Shown: positions 21,344 through 32,000, numbered from the stretch's first letter. The stretch is 32,000 nucleotides of DNA from Wallemia ichthyophaga EXF-994 (GCF_000400465.1 NW_008806278.1:512190-544189), one strand, 5' to 3'. The notes: generated from the letters alone by a model not told the origin. Made by a program: numbers and translations.

Positions 21344-22078
21344 TGGTGTGGTGGTGGTGGTAGATGAAAAAGACAGCAATACATATTCTTACAATACAAT
21401 ATAGAGCTTGAATTCCAGCTTATTCTGGAGATGGTCTTTGGCTACGGCCACCTCTATACTCCTCACTACATTCTACTGGGAGCAACCTGAACACATAAAC
21501 CAGGCACATTCTACTAATATACTCTACATCTCCAATGACGCGCTTTCTTAATATTTCATTCGCTGACCTGATGACCGTCATATCTGTGAATTTCTATCCA
21601 CCCCATCTTCCCGTTTAAAGTCCGGCTTATTTTCTAATTCTTTCAAAGTACTCTTAGTCTGGTTTGTACGCATACCTTCTAATCAGCGTTTTCAGCGATA
21701 TCCTTCCTCTTTTCACTCCTGTTTTCGCTTATGTCTAAGATGCGGATAAGCCGAGTGAAGAGTTTAGCCAAGGCGTTATGGCCTACTTCGATATTATTAA
21801 AGCTATATTCTCTCTTGCATAAGCTTCCCACCTTCAACTTTCAAAATCACGTGTTTTATCACATCCGCGTTCACTCTACTAGTTGCAGCACGGCAGGATT
21901 GCAATTGCTTGTGATTTATGATGATCAGACTGCTTAATGCTAACAAAACATTCTCTTAAATTCCTCCCGCTTCCATCCGACCAATAAACCACCTAGAGAC
22001 CTCCAAACATAAAAACATTTATTAGTGAAAAATAAGATATATTTCATTTCAGCTATCGTGGCTCCAAGCCGAGACAAA

Positions 22079-22179
22079 AGCTTTCGGCCGGGTTCGAACC
22101 GGCGGCCCTGTGCGATCCAAGTTTGTTTATTGAAATACAGTTTGTAAAGCACATGTCATAACCACTAGACCACGAAAGC
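22079..22179 (-). tRNA. tRNA-Val(UAC) with a 28-nt intron
   Basis: Acceptor stem GCTTTCG/CGAAAGC, D arm GTCT-AGTGGTTA-TGAC, anticodon stem TGTGC/GCACA with loop TT-TAC-A-[intron 22142-22115]-C, T arm GCCGG-TTCGAAC-CCGGC. The intron contains TGTA, complementary to the anticodon region. Confidence 0.93.
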
Positions 22180-22250
22180 CTATCATATCTAGCTACTTTG
22201 AAAAATATTGGATTCGAATATTGATTGTAAATTACCAAAAATTTTAAAAT

Positions 22251-22455
22251 ATAGCTAAGATTTTCACGGTGGCTCAGCGTAATTGAGAGCCGCCAACAAT
22301 TTATAAATTACGGCGCTAGTCAAGAAACGCTTCCAGTAAATTCAGCACCCCCTTTGACTCCTCATGCTTTAAAAGTATTGATGGACGCAGTTTAACATTT
22401 ATCGTCTTGACAATATAATCAGATTTCATCATCATCATCATAGCTAAGATTTTCA
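22251..22455 (+). mobile_element. Candidate short retroposed (SINE-like) insertion: 173 bp flanked by a 16-bp direct repeat
   Basis: ATAGCTAAGATTTTCA at 22251-22266 and 22440-22455 with no similarity beyond it. The interior starts with an A-box-like hairpin (GGTGGCTC...GAGCCGCC) and ends in (ATC)4. Confidence 0.4.
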
Positions 22456-22766
22456 TGTTTTCATCTTCATGAGAGGTTTGCGTGACCAGAAGCGACAACG
22501 GAGGTGCTGGAGTAGCTTATATTGTCCTCGCACATACGTGAAACCTCAAAAACGGTTTAAATTGGATGTGCGTGTGTTTGGCAGTAATCGAGGCGAGTGC
22601 TTTCGGAAATGACATTCATCACATCGTGACAAGCGGCTTAGACATTTTAGGGCTCTGGGACTCTGGGACATGTTAGATACCTTATCACACATTATTGCAG
22701 CATAAAATCGTCAATTTGGAATCAAAAAATAAAAAGGCACCATTATCCCCGGTTCAGCTAGGAAAG

Positions 22767-23850
22767 CTACTCAGGATAGCGGCCGCCTTTTATCTCTACC
22801 TTCTCCACCGCCTCGTTGAGATGCTTCATGTCATCGTCTGTCAACGTGATGCTGTTGATCAAGTTCTCCTCGACCCGGCGGACAGAGCTGGCACCAGGGA
22901 TAGGAATGATGGTTGGCAGACCATTCCTGTTGGAGTGATACTTCACCCACGCAATTGCAATTTGTGCTGGTGTGCATCTCTTCTTCTCTGCCAGCTTTTC
23001 AACCTCGGCCACCAGCTTGAGATTCTCTTCGATATTGCCGTCTTGGAAGCGTGGAAAGTGCTTTGCCATTCCCTTCGCATCAGCGTTACTCTTAATTTTA
23101 CCACTGAGCAAACCTCTTCCAATTGGACTGGTTGGTTTACGTTAGAAAATCTCATCCTCTACGCTAAAGTACTCACCTGTAAGCGTAGATCGGGATATTA
23201 AAGTCAGCGCAAGCCTTCGCAACGCCGTTGTAGAGAATATCTGGCGAAGCCATGCTAAATTCAACTTCTACAGAAGACACCTTCGTTCCCAAATCCTCTG
23301 CCGCCTTCGCGGCCTCTCTGATAGTCTTTTCGTCGACCTCAGACAGGCTGATACCGCCAATCTTGCCCTCCTTCTCGATACGCGCGAGATTCTCAATAAT
23401 CTGTTGTGATGTGTGGTTTGGATCACGCCTAGCTGGCTCAAATTGGTCAATCTTCTTCACTCCACCAAGTAACTCATTGCACTTATCGACTGATGAAGAT
23501 AAGAACTCGTATGATCCGTTTGGAGCAAACACCTTCAGATCGATACCCCCCTTAATGCACAGAACAACCTTGCTCGCGTCTTCTGGATATTTTGTGAAGT
23601 AAGCCTTGAGGAGGTGCAAAGAGTTGTGTTCTGGAGGACCGTAGAACTCTCCGCCATTCCACGCTACACTTCCTCCGGATACCTCAATGCTCCTCTTCAT
23701 CACCGCCATAGCCTCGTCGATTGGTATAGGCTTATCGGTCCAAGTCATTCCTTCAACATCCTAATAAGCAGATAAATGGCCAGGCACGCATCACATACCC
23801 ATCAATCCATGGCCGATATCTGCTATTTGCTTATTAAGTACTTGTGGCAT
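22767..23850 (-). CDS. Aldo-keto reductase, pyridoxal reductase (AKR8/Plr1)-like
   Basis: Exons 23850-23799, 23750-23177 and 23127-22767; introns 23751-23798 and 23128-23176. Motifs IGHGLMGMTW, WNGGEFYG, LCIKGG, EPARRD, GISLSEV, EVEFS, AYSPIGRGLLSG, IPIPGAS. Confidence 0.9.
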
Positions 23851-24219
23851 AATCGCTATCTTCTTCAAATCACGATTGTAGCACAAAAAGACGTTGATCA
23901 ATTCACAACTTCTAAAAAAAGACTTATCTCCACTGACGTCATGGCGGGCACCGTGGAAGGCTTGTTGATGATGTTTTTTGAAAAGAGAAGCCCTCCGGAC
24001 ACCCTCTATTCAAGCACTCCATAATTCTTGCCGGAGTCTTACTTACCAATGCCTTTAAGAACCGCGGTGAGCAGGTTTTACATCGCAGCGATTCAGCTAT
24101 TCTCATCTACAGCTACTTTTCCCAATTCAAACGCTCGTCAAAGCACTTAATTGAAAAGGTCTCATTTCCTTCTATGACTGTCACAGAAACTACTGCCATT
24201 GGCTCTGCATCGGATTTCC

Positions 24220-24585
24220 ATGGATTTTCGACTCAGTGACTTCAATCCATTCGAGAATCACTCTTTTATTTCTTCAAAGAATTCCTCAACAGTATCTGCG
24301 ACTGCCTCTGCAACAATTTCTTCAATATATTTTTCACCTCCGACTAATGACAACTGCAATAATACCCACAACGTCCCATTCAACAAACTTACATCAAGCA
24401 CTTGTAACGGCTTAGAGGAATCCGCAAACGCATCAGCAATCTCTTACTTCTCATATGAACACACGTTCCTTAACGATGGATATGACGAAAGCGACGATCA
24501 CAATTGTACACAACAATACAATCTTATTACGAATGCTTTTGTTAAGGATTACAATACCCTGCTATACATTAATATCACTGGATAA
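24220..24585 (+). CDS. Possible orphan Ser/Thr/Asn-rich glycoprotein or pseudogene remnant
   Basis: 121-codon ATG ORF with six N-X-S/T sequons and 3 Cys. An upstream consensus intron (24067-24112) and a short signal-like ORF from ATG 24049 do not splice in frame to it. Confidence 0.3.
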   Translation: MDFRLSDFNPFENHSFISSKNSSTVSATASATISSIYFSPPTNDNCNNTHNVPFNKLTSSTCNGLEESANASAISYFSYEHTFLNDGYDESDDHNCTQQYNLITNAFVKDYNTLLYINITG

Positions 24586-24698
24586 AACCTTATTTAGATT
24601 CTTCATGTTTTTGTTTGGTTTTACTATTCATTATTGTCGTGTTAATAAATTATGTATTCTATCAGAGTAATTTATACAATTGTGACATCACCACTTCT

Positions 24699-26179
24699 CT
24701 AATAAGCTACATTATCACTGTAGTGCTTGATATGGTAGAGGAGCAGCTTTCCTCTGTGATTTCCAATCACAATCCAGCGACCATCAGTTGAGAAATCAAT
24801 TGCTTGTATCTTGCCAAGTGGTGTGTTAGCTGTCGGCCAGTTTTGGAAGACAGTGAAAGAGGGAATATGAATGAGACGTAGCTGGTCATTCTTCTCGGCC
24901 GAAGTTGATGCTAGCAGTTGTGTATCCTTGTTGAATACCAGCTTATCTATCGTAGTGATGAGGTTTCCAATTGATTTGAGGAGTTTGAGTGAGCTAGCGT
25001 CGTATATAGTGACAATACCACTCTTGTATCCGATAGTAATAAACTTGCCATCCTTCGAAACAGACAATCTAGTAGGCGCAAAGTTGTCCTCGTCTTTCCA
25101 GGTCCGCATGCATCGTCTCCTTACAGCGTCCCAAGTACTAATTTCGGAACTATCGGAGATAGTGTACAGTGTGCTGCTATCTTTCCCCCACGCAATGTCT
25201 GCTACAGGCTTGTTCATCTTGACACTCCCACTAGGCACACATGCAGAGTTTGACCATCTCAACAACTCGACATGTCCTCGTTTTCCTTTTAAAGCGATCA
25301 TTGAGCCATCCGAGTTAAATTTTGCATGAGCGCTGACAACGTCGTCACCGTTTTTGAAGCGCTCTGTCGCACCAGTGTCGAGGTGGAATAAGTAGGAGAA
25401 GGGACGAGGACCACCTATGAAAACTGAAGGCTTTGTAGGGTTGAAGATGGCAGTAGTGATGGGCATATCTTTGACGTGTAGTTGTTGTACAAGAGTACTC
25501 TTGGAACCTTCAACGTTGTATATCTTGAGTCTTCGATCAGACTGAGCGACGAGAAGGAGGTTGTTGATAATAGGATGAAATTGCACGCAAACAATTTTAA
25601 TTTGGTCTGTCTGAATCACGTCTTTGAGACGTTCGACCTTAATCTCACCAGCTCTCAGGCGTGTTTTTCTGTTGGTGAGAGTGTTGAGACCGGTTGAATT
25701 GAGAATATCGTCCTCATCGTCGTCACTGTCATCTTCACGCTGCTTGCGCTTATTTTTAGCTTGTGAAGCCCAAGCTGGTGTAGGATTTATAGATTTGAAT
25801 CTGGAGAGTGTAAGTGTGTGAGGATAAGAGAGAAGACAGCGACAAACTTCTCCCTGAGCCTGATTTCAAGATCATCACCACCGACACGGTCTTCGTCTTC
25901 CTCCTTTCTCAGCTTACGCAGCTTTGAGTTGTCTGCGAGTGATATTTCCAAGTCCTTATCGTCATCGTCTGCCCAAACTTCTTTTGGATGAGAAGGCGCA
26001 GATTCATCTATAAAAAAGGGTTCATCACCATCACCGTCTTCATCCGCGTCGCCCAATTGATGGCTGTCGTTGAAAAGCTCATCTTCGAGCTCAATCTCCT
26101 GATCATCCTTCTTTGGCTCATATCCATCATCATCTCCTAATACACGCTGCCTTTTAAAATTTCTTTGATTTTCCGCCAT
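24699..26179 (-). CDS. UTP18: U3 snoRNA-associated protein 18 (WD40)
   Basis: Exons 26179-25848 and 25800-24699; intron 25801-25847 (GTTTGT...CAG). Motifs WADDDD.DLEISL.D.SKLRKLRK.E.E, NPTPAWA, QFHP, LIHIPSFTVFQNWPTANTPLG. Confidence 0.92.
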
Positions 26180-26229
26180 CTCTTCAATCGCTCTTTGTAT
26201 TCGTTCAAGAAGGCGTATCGACGATTATA

Positions 26230-28225
26230 TTGAGAAGATTTTATCAGCCAGTATTTAATATACGCAGGATGTCCACACAACTACCTTTTATCCCAAACAC
26301 TGAGCCAGAGCGCTGTATCCTTGACAGCTACAAAGCAGCCTGTGCGGTTGAGCTGAACAAGTCGCTCGATTTGCCTTTAGAAAAGGCCTATGAAGGTGTA
26401 CACGTTGGCTCAAAGAATGGTGACTTCCATATTGCTCTTCCTCGCTTTAGACTGCCTGGTGACGTTAAAGAGCACGCTCAGAAGGTACATGACAACTTTA
26501 AGCCTAACGAGTACATTGAAAAGTGCACCGTTAAGCAGGGCTTTGTCACGTTTCAAGCTACCACTCAAAACTTTATTAGAAATGTCTTGGACCAGATTCA
26601 CTACATGTCCAACAAATCCCCATCAGGAAAGCCAGAGTATGGTACTTCAACCATTTCTGGTCAGGGCAAGCACGTCATTATTGAGTTCAGCTCTCCAAAC
26701 ATCGCTAAGCCTTTCCACGCAGGCCACTTGCGTTCAACTATTATCGGTGCCTTCTTGGCCAACTTATATGAAGCCTGTGGATGGAAGGTTACTCGTATGA
26801 ACTACTTGGGTGATTGGGGAAAGCAATTCGGTCTTCTGGGTGTTGGTTTTGAGCGTTATGGTAGCCAGGAGAAGCTCAAGGTTGACCCGATCGGTCATTT
26901 GTTTGAAGTGTATGTGCGTGTCAATAATGAGGCAAAGGAGGAGGACGAGAAGCTTGGTAAGAAGAGTCAAGATATTGAAGAGGGTGGTGATGAGCAAGAC
27001 TCAGCTCCGATAGAAGCAGGTAACACCATCAACGACCAAGCCAGACGCTTCTTTAAACGTATGGAAGATGGCGAGGAAGGTCCCCTTTCTCTCTGGAAGC
27101 AATTTAGAGATCTTTCCATTGAAAAGTACAAGGATACCTACGCACGCCTTAACATCCACTTCGACGTTTACTCCGGTGAATCTCAAATTTCCCAAGAAAA
27201 CCAAAACAAGGCCATTGATGTGTTGCATGAGAAGGGTCTCATCAAGCAATCAGGTCAGTCGCAAATTATCGACCTCGAAGAGTATAAGCTTGGTAAGGCT
27301 GTCGTTAAGAAAATGGACGGTACAACACTCTATTTGACGCGTGATTTCGCTGCAGCTGCTGAGCGTCATGAAAATTACCACTTTGACAAGATGATCTATG
27401 TTATTGCTTCTCAACAAGATCTTCACACTGCGCAATTGTTCAAGGCAATGGACTTGATTGGGTATGACTGGGCCAAGAACCTTCTTCACATTAACTTTGG
27501 TATGGTTATGGGTATGTCTACTCGTAAAGGAACTGCAGTCTTCCTCGATCAGATCCTCAACGAAGCTAAGAGTGTTATGCTTGATGTGATGAAGAAGGAT
27601 TCTATGAACAAGTACGATCAACTTGAAAATCCAGAATGGACTGCTGATACACTCGGTTTGAGTGCTGTTAAGATACAGGACATGGCTGGCCGTAGAATCA
27701 TGAACTACAAGTTTGCATGGGACCGTATGACTTCATTTGAAGGGTGGGTGGTGTTGTGAAAGAGTGATGCAATTTAACGCTCTCACAGTGACACAGGACC
27801 ATACCTCCAATACGCTCACGTCAGAATGTCATCCATTCAACGTAAAGTTGCTGACGAAACTGTGCTTCCTGAAGATCCAACCAAGGATGTTGACACCAAG
27901 CTTCTCACTGAACCAAAAGCCAGAGAGCTAGTTTATCTGTTATCACAGTACCCAGATGTCGTCAAGAATGCCCTCAAGACACATGAGCCAAATAACATTG
28001 TCTCATATGCTTTTCAACTAACCCATGTTGTATCTAGCTTGCTTGAAATGTTGAAGGTTAAAGGACAAGAAAAGAAACTGGCAGAAGCCCGTTTGTACTT
28101 GTTCATGAGTGCCAGAGACGGTGAGTGCTAGGGTTGCCCAACTGAGTTAAAAATAGCTGACAAATCGTGTAGTTCTTGGCAGTGCGATGCGCTTACTCAC
28201 TTTGACGCCATTAGAGAAGATGTAA
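26230..28225 (+). CDS. RRS1: Arginyl-tRNA synthetase (first ATG 26269; putative UUG start 26230)
   Basis: EFSSPNIAKPFHAGHLRST (HIGH), NYLGDWG, GTTLYLTRD, GMSTRKG, FEGDTGPYLQYAH, C-terminal PLEKM. Introns 27744-27788 and 28121-28172; stop TAA at 28225. Confidence 0.95.
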
Positions 28226-28438
28226 GGTTGATATAATATATTTTTATTTCCTTTTGCATGTTTTGGTCTTTTGTTTGAGAGTGACGTGTGCGAGGATGGC
28301 TAGAGCGGAAGGTGCCAGAAAACGGGGTTAAGAGGGAGGTAAAGCGCGTGCATATGTGGTATACAAAACATCTAAGAATAAAAAGTGCTTTTATCTTATT
28401 TCACTGTCCATATCACCACCTTGTCTTCTTACCACCAT

Positions 28439-31400
28439 ATGCCTAGAGATCGGAAGCGCACAAACTCAGGCTCAAGCGATCAAAAGCCCGTGAAGCCAGT
28501 TGGAAGCACATCTTCAACGCTCTATAACAACCAACCAGAAGGTTTGAAGAGCTATCATCCATCTCTGGTACCCCCAACAGCTGAAGAGGCTGCTAGATTA
28601 GCACACCAGACTCCCCCTCACACATCTCCCACAACCGTCGCAGACGCTGAAGGCTTGTACACGTACTCTACCAGTTTCAGGAAGGCATCTCTTGAAGCTA
28701 ACGCCCGCAAACCATCTCTCCCTCATTTGAAGCCTTCAGAGCTTCCAAGCCCATTCGATTCAGCTGCCGCAGAGAAGAAAGAAGACGACGATAGAAGAAA
28801 GGCTATGACACATTCTCTTGAGTCGGATCCTGCTCACACGTCAACGCCGTCAGCACAGTACGCAAAGCTATCAGTCGATGTGGGTGTTTTCTTTGGAGTG
28901 TGGACGCGCTATTGACTTTCTTTTTGCAGCAAACCATCGCTCGATTAAACACAAACCCTAAAGACGGATTGAGCTCTGCCGACGTGAAAGAATTGCGCCC
29001 TAGATACGGTTTTAATGAATTCTCGGTTGAAGCAGGTGACAGCTTATTCAAAAAGTTCTTCGAGCAGATTTACGAAAGTCCGCTGATCCTTCTCTTACTC
29101 GGTTCGGCCGTTGTCTCAGCTTTGGTTGGTAACGTAGACGATTCAATTAGTATATCTCTTGCAGTAATTATCGTTTTGACTGTTCAATTCGTCCAAGAAA
29201 CGCGCTCAGAGAAGTCTTTGCAAGCATTAAACAAGCTCGTTCCACACTACTGTCACTTGGTCAGAGGTGGCCAAAACTCATCACCGCTCGCCAACGACCT
29301 TATTCCAGGCGATGTCGTTACTTTCTCAACTGGCGACCGTATCCCTGCAGACGTTCGCATTATTGAGGCAGTTGACCTTGAGATCGACGAGAGCAACCTC
29401 ACAGGTGAAACCAAACCAACGAAGAAAACCACTGAGCAATCTGATTTGTTGAACGTCGGTGTTAGTGACCGCAAATGTATCGCACATATGGGAACCCTCG
29501 TTAGAAGTGGTCACGGTAGAGGTTTGGTTGTTGGTACTGGCTCCGAGACTGAATTTGGTGTTGTCTTTACTATGATGCAGGACGTTGAAGAGCGCCGCAC
29601 ACCTCTTCAATACTCAATGGACGAACTCGCTAAGCAGCTCTCTATCATCTCCTTTGCTGTTATCGGTGTTATATTCCTGATCGGTATTATTCAATCACGC
29701 AGCTGGCTCGAAATGTTCACAATAGGTGTTTCTCTCGCTGTCGCAGCTATTCCAGAAGGTCTTCCAGTTGTCACTACTGTCACTCTCGCACTCGGTGTTC
29801 TCCGTATGAGCAAGCGCAAGGCCATTGTCAAGAAGCTCCCATCTGTCGAGTCACTTGGCTCTGTTAGCGTTATTTGTTCAGATAAGACAGGTACCCTCAC
29901 AAAAAATATTATGACTGTCACCAAAGCATTCACAGTTCCAGATGGTCCTATTTCTATAGACGGCAAGCTCGATAAAATCAGCCCAGCCCTCGAACGTACA
30001 CTACTTATTGGAAACATTTGTAACAACGCAAGGAAGGATGAGCACGGTAAGAATGTTGGACAACCTACTGATGTAGCCCTTGTCGATGTTATTGAAGGGC
30101 AAGGTACAAATGATAAACGTACGTCATTTGTACGCCGTCATGAACAAGCATTCTCGTCAGAGTCCAAGGTTCAATTAGTCACCGGTACACTTGCTAGCGA
30201 TGCTGAGGGCAAACCACAAGAGTGCAACTACCTTAAAGGAGCATTGGAGAGAGTCTTGGAGCGTTGCGACAGCTACTTGACAGCATCTGGTCATCACACC
30301 GTCCGTCTCGACGATTCTACTCGCCAGCTCATCCTCTCAAGGGGTAATGAATGTGGTGACAAAGGATTGAGAAATATTGGTATGGCATACAGAATCAGCA
30401 GCAACATTTCAGATTTCACTAGTGGTTTCATATTTACAGGTTTTCAAGGTATGAAGGATCCACCAAGACCTGGCGTGGCTGCTTCCATCGCTTCATTGCA
30501 AAGAGCAGGTGTTCACGTTGTTATGATTACCGGTGACGCTGAGCGTACTGCACTTGCTATTGCTAGAGAGTTGGGCCTCTGTGTCAGACCAGCATCACCA
30601 AGCACCAACTCACGCAGAGATACGAGCGAGTGTCTCACTGGTTTGGAGCTGGATAACATGTCAGAGAGAGAGCTGATGGAGCGTATTAACAGTGTTAGTG
30701 TATTTGCTAGAACCTCACCAAAGCATAAGATGAGAATTATCGGAGTACTACAGAAGCTTGAGAAAGTCGTTGCGATGACGGGTGATGGTGTTAATGATGC
30801 ACCTGCTCTCAAGATGGCTGATATTGGTGTTAGTATGGGTAAAGGTGGTACAGACGTGGCCAAAGAGGCTGCTGATTGTATTCTCGTCGACGACAACTTT
30901 GCAACGCTTTTGCCAGCTGTTGAAGAAGGTACGGTTTGCTGGTTTGCTGCCTTTCATAAAACTCCTAACTAACAACCACTCCAGGAAAGAGTATTTTCTA
31001 CAACATACAAAATTTCCTCAGCTTCCAGCTTTCTACTGCCGTCGCTGCACTCAGCTTGATCACTATTTCCACAGCACTACGCATGCGCAACCCACTCAAT
31101 GCCATGCAGATTCTCTTCATCAACGTAATCATGGATGGACCACCATCACAGTCACTTGGTGTAGATCCAGTGAACAAGACGGTCATGAAGCGTCCACCTC
31201 GTCCAAAGAATGCGTCAGTCATTACCAACAGGCTCCTAACAAGAGTACTTTTCTCTGCTTCAATAATTATCACTGGTGTTCTTTTCATCTATGCTTACGA
31301 AATTGGAGACGGATTTTCAACTCGCGACCAGACAATGACTTTCACCGCGTTCGTTGTTTTGGACTTGGCCAGTGCGCTTCAAAACAGGGGAGTTACATGT

Positions 31401-31643
31401 GGATTCGGCGACAACAAGATGTTGCTTATAACTGTGGCAGTTTCATTCCTTGCGCAGATGTGCTTTGTCTACATCCCTACGCTTCAAGCTGTGTTCCAAA
31501 CGGAAGCACTTGCGTTGAGAGATATGGGTGTGCTTAGCTCACTCGTCCTCTTCTCTATCGGATTACACGAGATCAGAAGACGTTGGGAGAGAGAGCAAGA
31601 GAGGAAGGACGCGCTGTTCTCATTCTCGAATGACGACGTGTAG
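28439..31643 (+). CDS. PMR1: Golgi Ca2+/Mn2+ P-type ATPase (SPCA)
   Basis: Exons 28439-28879, 28930-30928 and 30985-31643; introns 28880-28929 and 30929-30984. Motifs [86 protein letters not shown]. Confidence 0.95.
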
Positions 31644-31810
31644 CTGTGTGTGTTTACGAAAGAATCCAAGTTTTTATTATTTCAAATTAAAATGATATTT
31701 GCATAAAATGTAGACAAGTTAAACAATGCTAATTTTGTAACCTGTAGTTTGATGTGATATCTGCCTGTACCGCACTGTCTTCTCAACTATCATCACCTCA
31801 GATACAGAAG

Positions 31811-32000
31811 ATGGTCACACTCAAACTCGGTACGAGAAAAAGCAAGCTGGCAATGATACAAGCCAATATTGTTAAAGCCTCACTCGAAAATCGGCACCCA
31901 GATATCCAAGTTGAGATTGTTGGCATGTCAACCGCCGGCGATAGGGACAACACTACGTCTTTGTACACACTCGGTGGCGCTGATAAAGGTTTGTGGACGA
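31811..32000 (+). CDS. HEM3: Porphobilinogen deaminase (hydroxymethylbilane synthase), 3'-partial
   Basis: My translation: MVTLKLGTRKSKLAMIQANIVKASLENRHPDIQVEIVGMSTAGDRDNTTSLYTLGGADKGLWT, matching the family N-terminus (GTR.S.LA..Q, T.GD, KGLWT). Confidence 0.92.
   Translation, partial: MVTLKLGTRKSKLAMIQANIVKASLENRHPDIQVEIVGMSTAGDRDNTTSLYTLGGADKGLWT

Noticed and set aside
22267-22365. A second functional tRNA gene
   Set aside because: It has only an A-box-like hairpin; no complete acceptor stem, anticodon loop or TTCRA T-loop can be folded.
28385-28438. Upstream GTG start extending the PMR1 exon 1 ORF
   Set aside because: The ATG at 28439 follows shortly and the extension has no targeting-signal character, unlike the ArgRS case.
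7916-31643. Co-occurrence of PMA1, PMR1 and an ATX2-like ZIP transporter as an ion-homeostasis cluster
   Set aside because: They are separated by unrelated housekeeping genes over more than 20 kb; no evidence of clustering beyond chance in a gene-dense genome.
1-32000. CRISPR arrays, rRNA, prokaryotic operons or autonomous transposase/RT genes
   Set aside because: None seen; the window is eukaryotic, intron-containing housekeeping DNA.

Overview
This is a very gene-dense fungal (eukaryotic) genomic window. All 24 distinct spliceosomal introns I could resolve are 45-57 nt, and intergenic gaps are as small as about 50 bp. That architecture and the protein sequences suggest a compact-genome basidiomycete such as Wallemia (inference only). 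Genes in order: LSG1 (5'-partial), OST1/ribophorin I, NSP1, an orphan, an ADIP/Msd1-like coiled-coil protein, a ZIP9/ATX2-type transporter, DUS4, PMA1, a 9-exon LaeA-like SAM methyltransferase, mitochondrial uS2m (MRP4), an intron-containing tRNA-Val(UAC), a pyridoxal-reductase-type AKR, a possible orphan, UTP18, arginyl-tRNA synthetase, PMR1 and HEM3 (3'-partial). The dominant structural feature is an apparently identical 4,848-bp head-to-tail duplication (11507-16354 / 16355-21202). Its breakpoints lie inside PMA1 and inside MRP4. It doubles only the methyltransferase intact and creates a chimeric PMA1::MRP4 unit, which encodes a 566-aa half-pump and a possible presequence-less uS2m. Other notable signals are a likely UUG-initiated mitochondrial presequence on ArgRS, a 173-bp SINE-like insert flanked by a 16-bp direct repeat just upstream of the tRNA gene, a U73 discriminator in tRNA-Val, three divergent gene pairs with 50-56 bp between start codons, and a strong excess of GTGGGT splice donors. 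An assembly artefact cannot be excluded for the duplication without reads.
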